Below are positions 1 through 12,899 of a DNA stretch of 64,000 bases, in pieces. The notes beneath the pieces were generated by a model, which ran no database searches, was not told the origin of the DNA, and saw only the letters and a program-made list of their open reading frames with translations. Within the stretch, counting starts at the first letter, position 1; the number at the start of each line of letters is the position of its first letter. Origin of the DNA: Amphiscolops sp. MND2022 (Eukaryota); the NCBI GenBank assembly GCA_964187785.1, contig OZ076414.1:12090001-12154000 (forward strand). The letters are read 5' to 3'. Position numbers and translations under genes: made by a program.

Positions 1-600
1 ACCCATCCACTCGAAAATTGCAGCTATTCACAAAATCCCTCCACCCAATGGAAAAAATGCCCCAATGAGTTTCATTGGTGCACTCAATTTTTACACCAAA
101 TTTTGTTGAAAAACTACACACCAACCTTAAACCATTTTACGATCTCTTACATGAAAATACTCCATGGAAATGGACGGATGCACACGAAACTCTATTTCAA
201 AATTTAAAATGTCACTCACTGCTAAAACAGAACTTACTATACCTAACACCAAACACCCATTTTTCATTACAGTTGATGCTTCACTTATTGGACTCGGCGC
301 TGTGCTTTTTCAACTCAACGAAGACAAAAAAATGAAAGTCATATCCTACAATTCTCGTATACTAAACCCACAAGAACAAAAACTCTCCACACTTGATCGA
401 GAACTTTTCGGTATAGTTATTGGTTCACCATAAAATCCACGTTTTCACCGATCACAAACCTATTTTACATTGTTTTACAAAAAAAGGGTAACCTTACAGG
501 ATTTTACAGAGCACAAATGCAATGGACAAACTTTTCCAAACCTAAAATCATCCATACTCCTGGAAAAACCTCTCTGTCGCTGATATGTTAAGTCGTTCTT
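1..600 (+). pseudogene. pol: pol fragment: RT thumb/connection and Ty3/Gypsy RNase H (frameshifted)
   Basis: Peptides FVEKLHTNLKPFYDLLHENTPWKWTDAHE, PFFITVDASLIGLGAVLFQ...VISYNSRIL...LDRELFGIV, VFTDHKP and ADMLSR are typical Gypsy RT-RH motifs. Confidence 0.93.
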
Positions 601-1210
601 TTACTAAAGCTGAATTACAAATAAATCAACTGAAACACAAACAACTCCCACCACAAATTGATTTTGCTATCCCACAAAACAATACACTCAAACCTGTACA
701 TTACATAATTAAGAATGAAGAAGTACTCCCACATCAAAAACTTGATTCTAATCCAATACTGGCTGATTATGGAACATATCAATTTTCAATTCGCATTAAT
801 GATAAAGGAAATGACATCATTGTCAAACCTTTGAATTCCTTCTCATTTAAATCTGTCACCCAATTTCAAACAAAATTCAAAACACCTCTTAAAAAGAACA
901 ACAAAACACTTCATCAACAATATCGCTTACTCAATGATACTGATATTACAAGTGATGACGAAGAACATATATATACTAGAATTCCCAAACAAGATTTATC
1001 CTTTACTACTGATAACTCTTTGACCACAGAAACTTTTTCAACCATAAAAAATCCAAAGTCACAAATCCACAACATTCTACAGCCGCAATAAATGTACAAC
1101 CAAACCTTCCCTCTACTACCCATTGCTCGCAAATAATACCCTTCTATGATACTTCCTTCTTCAAGTGCAAAAAGTATTTTCAAGGTTTCTTCCTTCCTTA
1201 TGATTACTCT

Positions 1211-2836
1211 TTGGACGTCAAAACTCTACAACGACAACAATCCCAAGATCCAGTCCTTCGAACTGTCTATTCTTGGCTAATAAACAATGAAAAACTTGAG
1301 TTTCTGACACCTCTTATCACTGGCACTCCTTTTTTACATACCTATTACAAACGATTCTCCCAACGCTTTATTGAAGAATCCACTAATCATACTAGTCTTT
1401 ACACGAAACACCCTACTTCAATTACACACAATAGTTCTTCTCCCACTATTTTACAAGATACTATTCGAATATGCCTTCCTCTTCGCATGCTTAGAACACT
1501 TTATAACAAACTTCATGAACATTCACATACAAGAATCAAAATCACTTCCAATCCATATTCTCAATACTATTACATTCCATATCTTGACAAATAGTTTTCT
1601 ATTTACATACATGATTGAATAGAATGTCAACGCAACAAACACTTTAATATGAAAATCCCACTGCTCCTACACAATCCTTTTCACAAGATGCTCCAATTTT
1701 CGATTACAGAATATCAATGGACACAAAAGGTCCTATAAACTCTCCTTCTCATAGTAAATCATACAATCATACAATCATATTATAATTGATGCTTTAAATT
1801 ATTTTGCTTTTACAATACCGATAAAATCAAATAACGCCAAAACGACAATAAAAACTCTTTTACATTATTGGACTATTATAGTTGGTCCACCTATATACCT
1901 CGTCACTGATCGCGGTTCCGAATATGTTAACAAGGAAATGGCACACCTCTGTACACTTAGGGGAATTAGACTCTCCCCTAGAACAGCTTACTCTCATTGG
2001 ACAAATACAGTACAGAAAGTACGAAGTACAGAACAGAAATCTTGGCACTAATTTACGAACGTTTTTACATGACATTCCAAAAGATTGGGCATTCCAAGTC
2101 CATATGTGTGCTTATGCCCACAATTCCCATCCTTTTTCAGACCTCAATATTTCTCCTCAAGATATTGTTTTTCACACAAGACCTAGAATCCCACTCACCT
2201 TTGATCTAAATCTTAATCGTAACACCTCCAAACAGTGCATTTCTAAATATTGTTCGCAACTTCCACAACACTCTTATTATGACAAAACAGATCTAAATCC
2301 TTTCTTTTTTAGAAATTTTTCAAAACCTATTTCACACTGGTTCCTTGCAGTAGAAACAGCTATGTTTCAAATTTAATCAACCGTACATGAATACACTCTC
2401 AAAAAAATTTTATTCCACCGCTTATATTACTAAAATGTACCACGAAGGTAAACCACTCCCTATTGGCACCTTTGTTCTTAAACGCAATTTTACACACGTA
2501 CGTTTTTCTGACAAACTCAAACTGCTTCGGATTGGTCCTTTTAAATATTTCGACAGACTATCTGACGTTACATTCGAACTTCTTGCACAAGATGAATCTA
2601 CAATACATCTCCATAGAAATCATTTTATCCCTTATTACCCAAAAGAACCACTCTTATACACACATTTACGTAGCTTCATGCGTTTCTCTGACTCAACCCA
2701 ATTTAACATTCCAAAACCTAATAAATATGCAAATAGTGACTCTTCCCCATTTAATTCAGATGAATCCATGTCAGACGAAGACCTATCACCACAATTTACT
2801 ACCCCTTCTTTAAACTCCAATTACGAACCTACATAA
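1211..2836 (+). pseudogene. pol: pol fragment: integrase (HHCC finger, catalytic core, GPY/F-type C-terminus)
   Basis: LHEHSH...ECQRNK zinc finger (~1505-1635), DTKG and LVTDRG core motifs, RPRIPL, and KLLRIGPFK...LSDVTFEL...HRNHFIPY in ORF 2387-2836. Confidence 0.9.
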
Positions 2837-4330
2837 TCTTCCTCCAATGACCACTCATCTATCAATTTATATGACAACTCGCCCTTTCAAAGAGATAAGT
2901 ACAACAGATCACGACACCCATCTCAAAATCAATCAAATTCACTTCTTCCCCTTTTTGACAGAACTACTAACACTCATTACCATTTGAGACATCAACCAAA
3001 AATAGATTATAGGCTTTTCATACCACCCTCAAAACTCTAGTACCAATCATTTACTCCATTGACTCAATGAAAACTAGTCGACCAAAGTGCTCACACCAAA
3101 AACTTGTTAAATACAAGATCATTATAACACTATAATCCTGGATTCTACTTCTGATACATCTCCTTCTGCTCCAAATCTACCTATATCTGAATCTTCTGTT
3201 AGTACTACATCTCAATCTAGTATTGTAACTCCTGTAACTCCATCTAAAAGACAAAGATCACAACTTACTACAACCTCTTCCACAACATCTTCAAATATTA
3301 CAAATAGACCACGTTTTGCCAAAATTCTCAAGATTTCTCGTTCTCAAACATCGCTCATTAACACTCCTTAAGTACATATACCACATCCAGAATCTATTGA
3401 ACGATACGTAAATTACAAACCTTCTGCAGCTATTAAAACTCTTCGACTCTAACCACAATTAGATCTTGTCCACATTCCTGACCCTGAATGTACCCAATTA
3501 CCTCCATTACACCTACATTCTGAAATAATTACAACTTCCTCAAACACCTATCCTAACACAACGTCCTCAAAACTTTATCCTCCACTGAAACCCCTTAGAA
3601 ATCCATCTTCATCTCTCTCTAACCTTCTAGATAGTACCTCGAATTACATTTCATTACAAGAATCTACCAGCTCACTTTTTGTTCCACACCATCGATATAA
3701 TCTTCGAAACCTTCCTTCACGTAGACTCAGTTCAGATTCATCAACACTTAATTTATCTGCTCTATCAAGTGATTCTGCTCTAAGACTTGCAAGACAACAC
3801 GCACAACCTCTATCTGATACACACTCTTCCGAACTTGTTCCACAATCATATTTAACATCTGGACTTGAAACTGCTTCGATACTTTCATCTCAGAAAAAAA
3901 GATGTCCTGAAAGATATGCAGTTTGAGCCTCAGGCTGACGCTCAAACTGCATTTCTTTCAGGACATCTTTCTTCTGAAGTTATAATACCTACTCCTGTCC
4001 CTGCACACATTAAACTACCTGAATATTACACTGCAGAACTTTCTCGCCCTCCAACTCCTAACTTTGCTGATTAGCCAATCAGAGTTGGCTGAACGACTAT
4101 CTACGATGAAAAAAAATGATCTTCGTTTTCCAGTTCTCACGGAACGCTTTATTACAACTAACGATCTCTTATCTAACAAACGTAAAGAAACAGTACACAA
4201 AAGACTCCAAACTCCAAATCTAGAAATCAATTTTGATGTTAAAGTCAAATTTCAAGGTTTAAATCCACATCCTGTTTTTCACGTTGCAAAAATAGAACAC
4301 AAAATTCGAAAATCCCTTTCGAAATAATCC
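2837..4330 (+). pseudogene. Long S/T/P-rich post-integrase region ending in a conserved ~90-aa module
   Basis: Low-complexity decayed coding-like sequence; ORF 4064-4327 (RKETVHKRLQTPNLEINFDVKVKFQGLNPHP) has recognisable counterparts at ~16460-16600 (-) and ~52190-52330 (-). Confidence 0.55.
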
Positions 4331-4350
4331 ACAGCAACTTGATTTGATTT

Positions 4351-5184
4351 ATGGCAAAATTGTCTTTTATACCCCTTACTCTGGTCTTAAATACACAACG
4401 TCCTTTTACACTACCTATATTTATCTATATTACTAATATAGTGCTACATTTCTTTATGTTACCTTTCACACCTACAATACCAATAACCATTACTAATACA
4501 GAACACTATCTTCCATATGATGATCCAAACATTACAAACGTTATGGTTTCCCACTATGACTCTGAAAAACAACACAATCTAAGACAATTTAATCTCTTAA
4601 ATGTAAAACAATGTACAGAAGCTCCATCAAATTTTCAACACGCTAGTGTACAAGCTCGAGTGTACGTTAGAGCAAAGGCTAAACACATTAAAGCCTATAA
4701 ATGTGCCGCGTATGCAAAAAAGGAAAGAAAGTTTTGTTTCCAAGGCTCTGTCAAATACAGACGAGTTGATAGAACTGTATGGAATCATAACACTATGCCA
4801 CTTCCTGTTACACTTGATCCTCTAGAACGCAAGAACAATATTAGACACCTTAATGGTACAAACAATAAAATATTAACCCTATTACAGTACAACGAAACTT
4901 TTACACTTTTGGAAGACCATTATTTCCAAGAACATTTAGAACAATTCCAAACTCGTTTTACAATGTACCAATTGAACAAATTGTATACTGGTACATTCAC
5001 CTTTATGCCTGCTGACAAAGATTGGGTTTATGATTCTAACAAGAACCCGTATCATAATTGTCCTGCCCATCATCAATTCGAAGTTAACTTTGTCAGCTGG
5101 CGAATTGAAAGCTCTGAAATAAAAATTACATATGATGATACAGAAAACGTTATGATAATAGATGGGCATTCAAATTATCTTTAG
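4351..5184 (+). pseudogene. env: env, N-terminal half (class III-like fusion glycoprotein), truncated
   Basis: 277-aa ORF after pol; hydrophobic N-terminus, then HYDSEKQHNLRQFNLLNVKQC...AYKC...KFC...TLDPLE...ITYDDTENVMIIDGH; homologous to env pieces at 14796-16450 and 50900-52150. Confidence 0.8.
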
Positions 5185-6760
5185 AGATCAATGCAGATCA
5201 AGTAACCATTTCTACAAAAAAGATCGTTTCTGAAAGTTCGCTACAATGTTTGCAAAATTACGAAAAACATTGCTTTCGAGCAATATGCCCGCATCCACCT
5301 AGATGGACCCAAAATCGCGATCTGCGAAAACCACTTTGGACATGGTTTTCGTCCCCAATTCTTCCTTTACTTCTAAGGACGAATATGTCCAGATGGCAAT
5401 CGCAGAAGCATGCGACGCCTTTAACAACGCTCTAGTCCATTTTGGTTACACCCAAAAATTGGAAAATAACGACCCTAAAGTTCACCAAGTGAACCCGCCA
5501 AAACAACATACATTTTACTAAACAATGGGTTCTCACTCAATCTCTACTTACTCTTCATGTTCATTCAATGATGATGCTGCTTTTGAACATGTTGCTTGAC
5601 TACTTCTTGACCTCCACACAAAACGCTGATACATCTTCACTATCTTCCTATTTCACGAATGGTCACCATCATCCATCGTCACTTTGCAGCTCTGGCCCAC
5701 ATCGTCACTTTTGTCAGAACTGGTCTTCACTATCGTCACTTCTGGTTGTCAGTTCTCAACTGCTACCACTGGTCTCCTTGCAGTCAACATCGTCACAGAA
5801 TTGGACTTTCTTCTCTGTTGCCGCTACCTTCAACATCATCCCAGAACTGGTCTTTCTTATGTGCCGCCGCCGCTCCGACTTTCGACTTTCTCACTTGGCT
5901 GGTCTCCCTCCACTAGCTGTTCCGAACTGAAGTACAACTTGTCGCAAATTTCAAACTCTAGTATAACTCTACTTTAATGTTGAAATTATTTATCGTAGAT
6001 AACCATAACTTAACCATACTATTGTGTAATCCTAAATTCCTCATATTATTCTGTAGTTTTTAAAATCATCATCTAGTGTAATCTCTTATAACCCCCCAAA
6101 TTGCGTATAGAACCATACTCTAATTATCTTCTAATCACAACATTTTAATCCACCATTGTTTTGTGTATGATACATTTCTCTAATACACCTATAATCCACT
6201 TCTTTTATAGAACACAAGTCTTCCGTACAAAATTTTCTAAGATTTTTTGACACACAAATTTTTTTTACAAAGCATGTTTTAAACATTTTTGTTTTACTTC
6301 CCCATCGTCAACCAAAAAAACTTTCGAAAAAGTTCTTCAAAAAACTTTCACACAATATTTTTTTAACTTCCAGTACACCTAATTTTTCAATGTTTGAAAA
6401 TTGCACTCGTTCAAAGCTTCTGGCTTACGCTCGTCTAATTACTTCTGTTGAAAATGAAATTCAACTCGAACCTTGACTTTTCAAAACTTCTTCACTCTTG
6501 AGTCAAAATTCCGCCATTGTTTGTTCATAACTCAATGACAAACTTCTCAAATTAGCCCTTCAACTTGAAAGTTTTCAACTCTGAATAACTCATGTTGAAG
6601 TAGACATATTTTTCAATTAAACCGATGGCAAATACAAAAAATTAGTCCAAAGTGGTAAAGAAAATGTCAATAATAGCTAGAACAAGCTGTCAGTCATCTG
6701 AAGCTGAAACTTTTGCAGCACTTTGAATCATCACTCACGTAAGAAGTCAAACCGTCATAG
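5185..6760 (+). pseudogene. Decayed post-env accessory ORF remnants (unknown function)
   Basis: Abrupt switch from env at ~5185; short ORFs (5303-5521, 5568-5977) at the same relative position as post-env ORFs in copies A2 and A4; only weak similarity visible by eye. Confidence 0.35.
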
Positions 6761-7089
6761 GGTGTTCTCACTCCTTAAGTACAGTACATTTTAGAACAGA
6801 ACTCATATCTAAAAAAACTCATGTCCACAACATCTAAAACAAACCCATGCATAAACATCTAAAATACCTCTAGAACTCCTCAATCTCAAAGTGCAGAAAG
6901 ATGATTTTTAATTTTCAAAAATTCCCAGTTGATTGCGATCTCATGATACTTGAAAGTTATGTAATCTAATAGATGTCATTTCATTCGGAAGTAAATTGAG
7001 TTTGACTAGATTATTATCATTCTGGAATAACTTTATTAATAACTTAAGACAACCCAATTATAATCCATCTTGCTGTTGTTGCTTTTGAT

Positions 7090-7357
7090 TGATTAGCATG
7101 ACAATTTAATTATATATTATCATTGATGTTATTGTAGAATATATCTACTCGGAGAAAATTAGAGTCTTGACTGAAAAACGGTTTTATTCTAGTAAAGTAA
7201 CTGAGATCTCAGAGAAAGTAAAAACAGAGATAGCTAGCTAGTAACATCCTGATAACCTCTTGGATCTTAGACGATACTGTTGTTAAGAAACTAAGACTTC
7301 TTATGTACCCACTTAAAGAAATAAGATCAATAACCACAACAGTTTTAACAGCTCAAT
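7090..7357 (+). repeat. 3' LTR of copy A1 (left boundary approximate)
   Basis: Shares AACTGAGATCTCAGAGAA and the terminal TTTAACAGCTCAAT with the PBS-flanked LTR at 59524-59800 (-); similarity stops at 7357. Confidence 0.6.
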
Positions 7358-8214
7358 ACATCCTAATAATTTCATTCAAAGGCACTTATGAACATTGCCT
7401 TATTTCAAAAGTTCAACTTCTCTTTCTTGATAGTTAATTGATGCGTTTAATGGAAATTTTCATTACACATCTTGTAACCAATTCTCCTGCTTTCTTCACT
7501 AAAACTCGAAAAATTTAGCATTTTTTTCCTCAGTAACTCTAGTTCTACAAGTCATACATTTCAAGTCTTCGCATATTTCACTATCGCAAAGAGTGCTTAG
7601 TTGACATAAAAAGTAAGAATCTTTGTCAGTTTGAAGCTTCATGTTTGTCAAAAAGGAAGCGTTTTGGCTGTTCTAGTACTTTTCACACTTTCACAATTTC
7701 ACTAAAGGTCACTCTTTTACCTGTCAATCTTAAGTCAGCTCACTTCATTAAAAAAACCGCTCAAAAATATGAAAAACAAACGAAAAAACATGGAAACAAA
7801 AATTCTTTCCACGTACGGTTAAAGATAAGATTTAATTGTCAGAATCTTACATTTTTCTCAAAGTGGCTCTAAAACGGAAACTCTGTTAAGTTGAACGCAG
7901 CCTCTAGTAAATTGTCTCTGAATCAAAATTACAAACTGTTCTAACTCTACGGAAGGAAACAATGAAACATACAGACACCTCGAGAACAACTATAACACTT
8001 GAACACATCCTTTTGAAAAAATCACCTCTACTCTGATTTCAACTGCGACTTTACTTAAAAGTGAACTCCAGTTACTATCAGCTCCTTCTCTTACATTCCT
8101 TCTATTTTTTTTCATCACACGTGTTTATCTCATAACTTTAGAGCACTTTTGACATGTACCACAACCAAAACGGAAAATGAACTCTTGCCCTCAGCTGTTC
8201 TTGTATCTCTTGAA

Positions 8215-8480
8215 TAATTGATTTTAGTATGTTATGATTGTTGCCTTTATGATATTTCAGATAGAGATGAACGCCGAGAAGAAAGTACTTTAAGATGTTG
8301 AGACTCTAACAGACCTGCAGATATTAGCGAAGATATAGAAACTAAAATGTGGCAAAATTTTTTATCAGTTCTGTTGAGGGTACAAATCAAAATGGTTTTA
8401 CAGTTATCAATCGTGAAGAGAATATAACTAAGTAACATTAGTATTCAAGGTATGTGAATAGAAGTCTAGTCGGCTAGACT
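8215..8480 (-). repeat. 3' LTR of copy A2 (boundaries approximate)
   Basis: GAGACTCTAACAGACCTGCAG (~8302-8322) matches GAGACGCTAACAGAGCTGCAG (~57026) and GAGACGCTAACAGAGTTGTAG (~46920) in the A4 LTRs. Confidence 0.55.
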
Positions 8481-9949
8481 GGAGACGGGGAGAATAATTT
8501 TAATGATAGAATCCAATATCAATAGGTAAATCATTCGGCCGGATTTTGACAGGAACAATAATTGTGGATGGGTTCAGGGGAAAATAATTGGAGCTCGATA
8601 TAATTTGCAACTAGACTTGGTTTCAAAGCAAGGGAGTTTTGGGTTAGGTAGGAAGGTGTTATTTTAAACTAAGACGGTGTAAGTTGTTTCTATAGTCTTG
8701 AAATGTTTCTATTTTCAAAATTTTCTTTTGTTCATGCTTTCTTTACGTGGGGTTCGGGCATTTTGCAATATCTATCGTGTGAGAATTTTGCTGAGATAAT
8801 GTTGAAGTTAACTGATCTTTAGATTGGAGCCAATTCAAGAAGGGGCAATGAACAGAACTTTTTAACTTTAGGCATATAAGTGACAAAGATTTTCCTGTGG
8901 TGTTCTTCTTCGAGCGGTTACACAGTTTTGCTGTGAGTAGAGGAGGAGGAATGACTGACAGAGAAAAGAGTGAGCGGGAAGAAACTGACAAAATAAATTG
9001 AATGCGGCAGTGTCGACAAACCTCAAGCAAGGGGTTGATGACGCTTTTTAGTTGTCATGTCAACTTTAGCAATAATCTTTAGCTTCAATTCTTACAAACT
9101 AAACTAGGTCATGATTGAAAGAGTGTCAGCTGCAAGTAGGGTGTAATCAATGTTCTTTCCAATCGAAAACGATTATAACATTAGTCAATATTTTATCGTA
9201 TGTTGTTCACGCTTGGCGAGTTAACTTTTTTAATTTTTATGATTGGAAGTGTGAGGTCCAAATGCTTCATTTGAGTGGAAGTCACTGATTGAAAAGACTG
9301 AGGTTCTGTTCTAATTAGAAGACTTGAAATAGGAAAAATAAGTTCTGTAGAACCGAAGAAAAGTGTGAATTGTTTTTGGAGATGCTTGTTAAAGTATTGG
9401 GTATAGTTTGAAACTGTTTTTTTTTCAGAAGGAAAATGTTTTGAAAAAAGAAGAATGTAACATATCAAGAGTTAAGTAAAGTGAAATGTGAGTACCATGA
9501 AACATATAAAATATACCAATTTGTTATAGAATTGAGATTACCGACTGTAATAGTTTCGTTAGAAATTAATACAGTCTTTTTTGGGGGAATATACGATTTT
9601 TGTTAAAGGCGAACATTAATTACATGGATTTAGAGAAGAAGATACATATTTTTGCATGAAAACGGGAGAATGTTTATTCAGCATTTTGCAAAAAAGTTAA
9701 TAAAGAATTAGGAGAATTAACGGCAGTATGGGATTGGTCGGGGACTTGCTGTCATATGGATTAGCGCAGTGGATGAGGGCGAAGGGAAAAGTATTCATCG
9801 GAGGGAGGAGCGGAGGGGACGCAATTACTTTGATTAAGAGAAGTGTGGGTTTTATGAAAATAGTAAGCATTGGAGTTATGGGGTAGACGTTGACAATAGT
9901 GAGGAACTTTTACATAGATCAGCTGAGAAAATTTATTATTGTGGTTTAA

Positions 9950-12850
9950 AAAATAATTGCAAGACAATTTTCCGACCAACTGCGGGGGAAGAAACAAGAA
10001 AAATAGGCTAGGTTGAATAAATGAGATTAACAATAGCACTGAGAGTTAGAGCAAAATTTTTCAAAACCTTGAGTTGGTTATATATTAGTCATTCTAAGTA
10101 AGGTCCGTTTGTTATTGCAGTTTTGTAGTTGGTGAGGTTCTGCGTGTACACGATAGAATGAACCATTTAGGTACAGAGCCTGCTTCACTAGGGGGCACCT
10201 GCAAACGTTTTGAACGCCGTGATTTCTGGAGTTGAAGATGGGCAGTCAAGTCTCTGACCGGGGCAGTGTTGAAGAGCAGTAGCGGTAGCAACAGCATCGT
10301 GGGTCAGCAGAGGAAGAGTCGAGCAAGAAGACGAAGTGCCAGAAGGAAGATGACAGTGGGGTTGCCTGAGGAAGTGGGCACAGGAACAGAAGATGCGGAG
10401 ATGACAGTAAAAACTGGTGGTATTGCGGAGCAAGTGGCAAGTAGCTGGTTGAGATGAGGGTATGCGACTGTCTGGTCCGGATAACATAAGAAGTGGGTGG
10501 AAACGAAGGCATGATGGGGAGTGTATGAAGAATGATAAATGATGAAACGAGGAGAAAATAAAGACTGAAGCACAACAAGAGTGAATTCGAGATGTTGCTA
10601 TAATTTGAGATGCTTGAGTTTAATTGTCAAAATGAATGACTGTAAAATTACCAGAGGGGTTAAAATTTGCAAATTTAGAAGAAATATGAAAGATGAAGTA
10701 TCACGAATGCCATACATCGCCAAAACATTTTTTAGATTATTAATTAGGATGTGACAGTGTAGACTAACAATTTGACAAGAGAAGATAAAATGCTGTAAAA
10801 TTTGTTTTTCTGAAAGAGAAAAACTGTGTTGAAAATGTGATTAGTATACTTGAACAAAGCAAAACAAAATGTTACAAAGGAAGCAGAGTTAAATCAAAAT
10901 AGTTTTGGGGAAATTTTTTTATAGAGTTCAGTGTGAAAGTAACAGGAAGAGGAGAGGTGTAACGTTTAAATTGAAGAGAATTTAGTGAAAGAAAAAGGAG
11001 TTGCAGGAAAAGTGAGTTTTTTGAAAAAGTTATTTATATGCAATGTAGACAATTTAGGAATGTGAACATCATTAGTGTGGACCTGGAGAAGATTTTGAAG
11101 AGTACGATGAGTTTTGAAGGAATGGGTTAAGATCACAAATGAGTCAACTTGAGGTGCGATTCCAATCTAAGGGCGAAGTAGGGTGAGAAATTCTGTAACA
11201 ATTTAATCAGTGGGACAAGGAAAGGATTTGATACAAACACGAGGGTTTCCAATTTGGAGAACGTATGGGGTATTATAGGATGGAGATAAGTTATTATGGC
11301 TTGCGGAAGAGTGAGAAGACGATTCAATAGAGTAAACAGTAGGAGGCAACAGTTTAGGAAGGGCATTGTTTATTTCGACACGCAGATTGGTGACGACAGG
11401 AAAGTCTTTGTAATGTTTTTTAGGAACGAACGAAGAGAGTTTCGCAATAATAAAACTGAGTTTAGCTAAAGAACAACTTTGTGAGCCACGAAAGTGTTCA
11501 GAGAACAAGAATGAATATCAAGAGGAGTTTCGATTTTTTTTTGAGTCTGGGGAAAAAGTTATTGACAGTAGTCGAGATGTGGTTATAAAAAGTCATCGTT
11601 GAGCTTAAGAGCTTTTCCAGGATTAATAAGGGAAGCGTGAGATCATGACATTGAGAAAGTATAGATTATTGACTGAGGGGGGTCGTAATCACGATTAGTT
11701 CCAATAGTGTATTGGCAATCTAGAGAGACGTGCGCATGATACAAAAAGTGATATAAAATTATGATGTAAAATTTGTTGGTATTTCTGTTCTAAAAAAGAG
11801 TTTACACGTTTGATGGTGGAGTTTTTCAGCAGAAGGGGGTGTGGTTATATCATTTGGGCTGGTGATAAGATTGTATTGAGTGGGTTTCAAAAGAAGAAAC
11901 TAAATTCAAATTGAACAAAACGTTATCAAGAAAGATGCAACATAGCGAGGAAATCAAAATATGTAAGTCGTGGGTGTCATATGAAGACATGGGAGGTTTT
12001 AAAATGTGGATTTTTACGGAAAAATTGTCAGGCGTAGTTTTAGATTGCGAAGAAGTTTTCAAAGGATGAAGAGTAGGATGTAGAATACCAGACTCGATAA
12101 AGACAGGATCGTTTTACAAAGTACATTTTTTTCTCCCGAGGAATTGTGTCATTTTCAATAATAGCGTGTTGTTTGGTAGGTGGAGGAGTAGGAGAATGAG
12201 GAGATTTAAGAGTTGAGGAAAGATGTTGAGAACAAACAATTGAAACATTGGTTAAAAGAGGAGTTTGATTACAAAATGGTTGAATAGTGGTGACAGTAGG
12301 ATCAAAACTTGGACGAAGATACGAGTGTGGAACATCAGGTTATTTAACATAAGTAGGGAGATAGGGCGTTCCAGATTTAAGAGAAAGAGGTGTTGAGAGT
12401 GAAGCTATTATAGACGGCAGGTCTTCGTCATTTTGAAGTGAAGTCTTTTTTGTTTGATTTTTTGTTTGACAATTTACTTATAGTTCGCTTGTAAAAGAAC
12501 TTTTGTATCTTTGGAATATGGGGCAAAGAAGAAAGCAGCTTGACAATAAAGGAACAAAGGCATTTGACCTAAATCCGCCTGGAGGAAAGCAACAAGAAGA
12601 AGGTTTTCAGGGTTTTTCAGGGCTTTAAGAACGTTGATTAAATCTACTGTTGACAGATGTTAATCAGATATCAATAAATGCCCTTGGTGTTGGAGTAGGT
12701 GGATATAATTTGGTTGATTGTCAGGTACTGTGTATGGGCGAGTCAATGGAGGAGACGTCAAAAGAAGTAGAATTATGTTTAAAAGGAGGTGGTCTTAATA
12801 ATCGTAATTGTGAGCCTCCAGGAAAAAAGGTTTTGATGAGGGTTAGTGTG
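9950..12850 (-). pseudogene. Post-env accessory ORF-X, decayed
   Basis: Collinear with 48230-50900: CPTD*IVTEFLTLLRP...THSFKTHRTLQNLLQ vs CPTDKFVMEILNLLRP...NHILYTFRTL*HLLQ; DAVATATALQH...EAGSVPKWF vs DAVANNVILQH...QAGSGTKRF. Confidence 0.6.
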
Positions 12851-12899
12851 TAAATTATTGTCAGGAGCAGGAATTGAATTATCTTCACTTGTTTGTGGT

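Larger units (their letters stand above)
1..7357 (+). mobile_element. Ty3/Gypsy LTR retrotransposon, env-bearing family A, copy A1 (5' part outside window; decayed)
   Basis: Ordered remnants: RT end, RNase H, integrase, S/T/P tail, env, further ORF remnants and an LTR-like end matching the LTR at 59524-59800; many stops and frameshifts. Confidence 0.9.
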
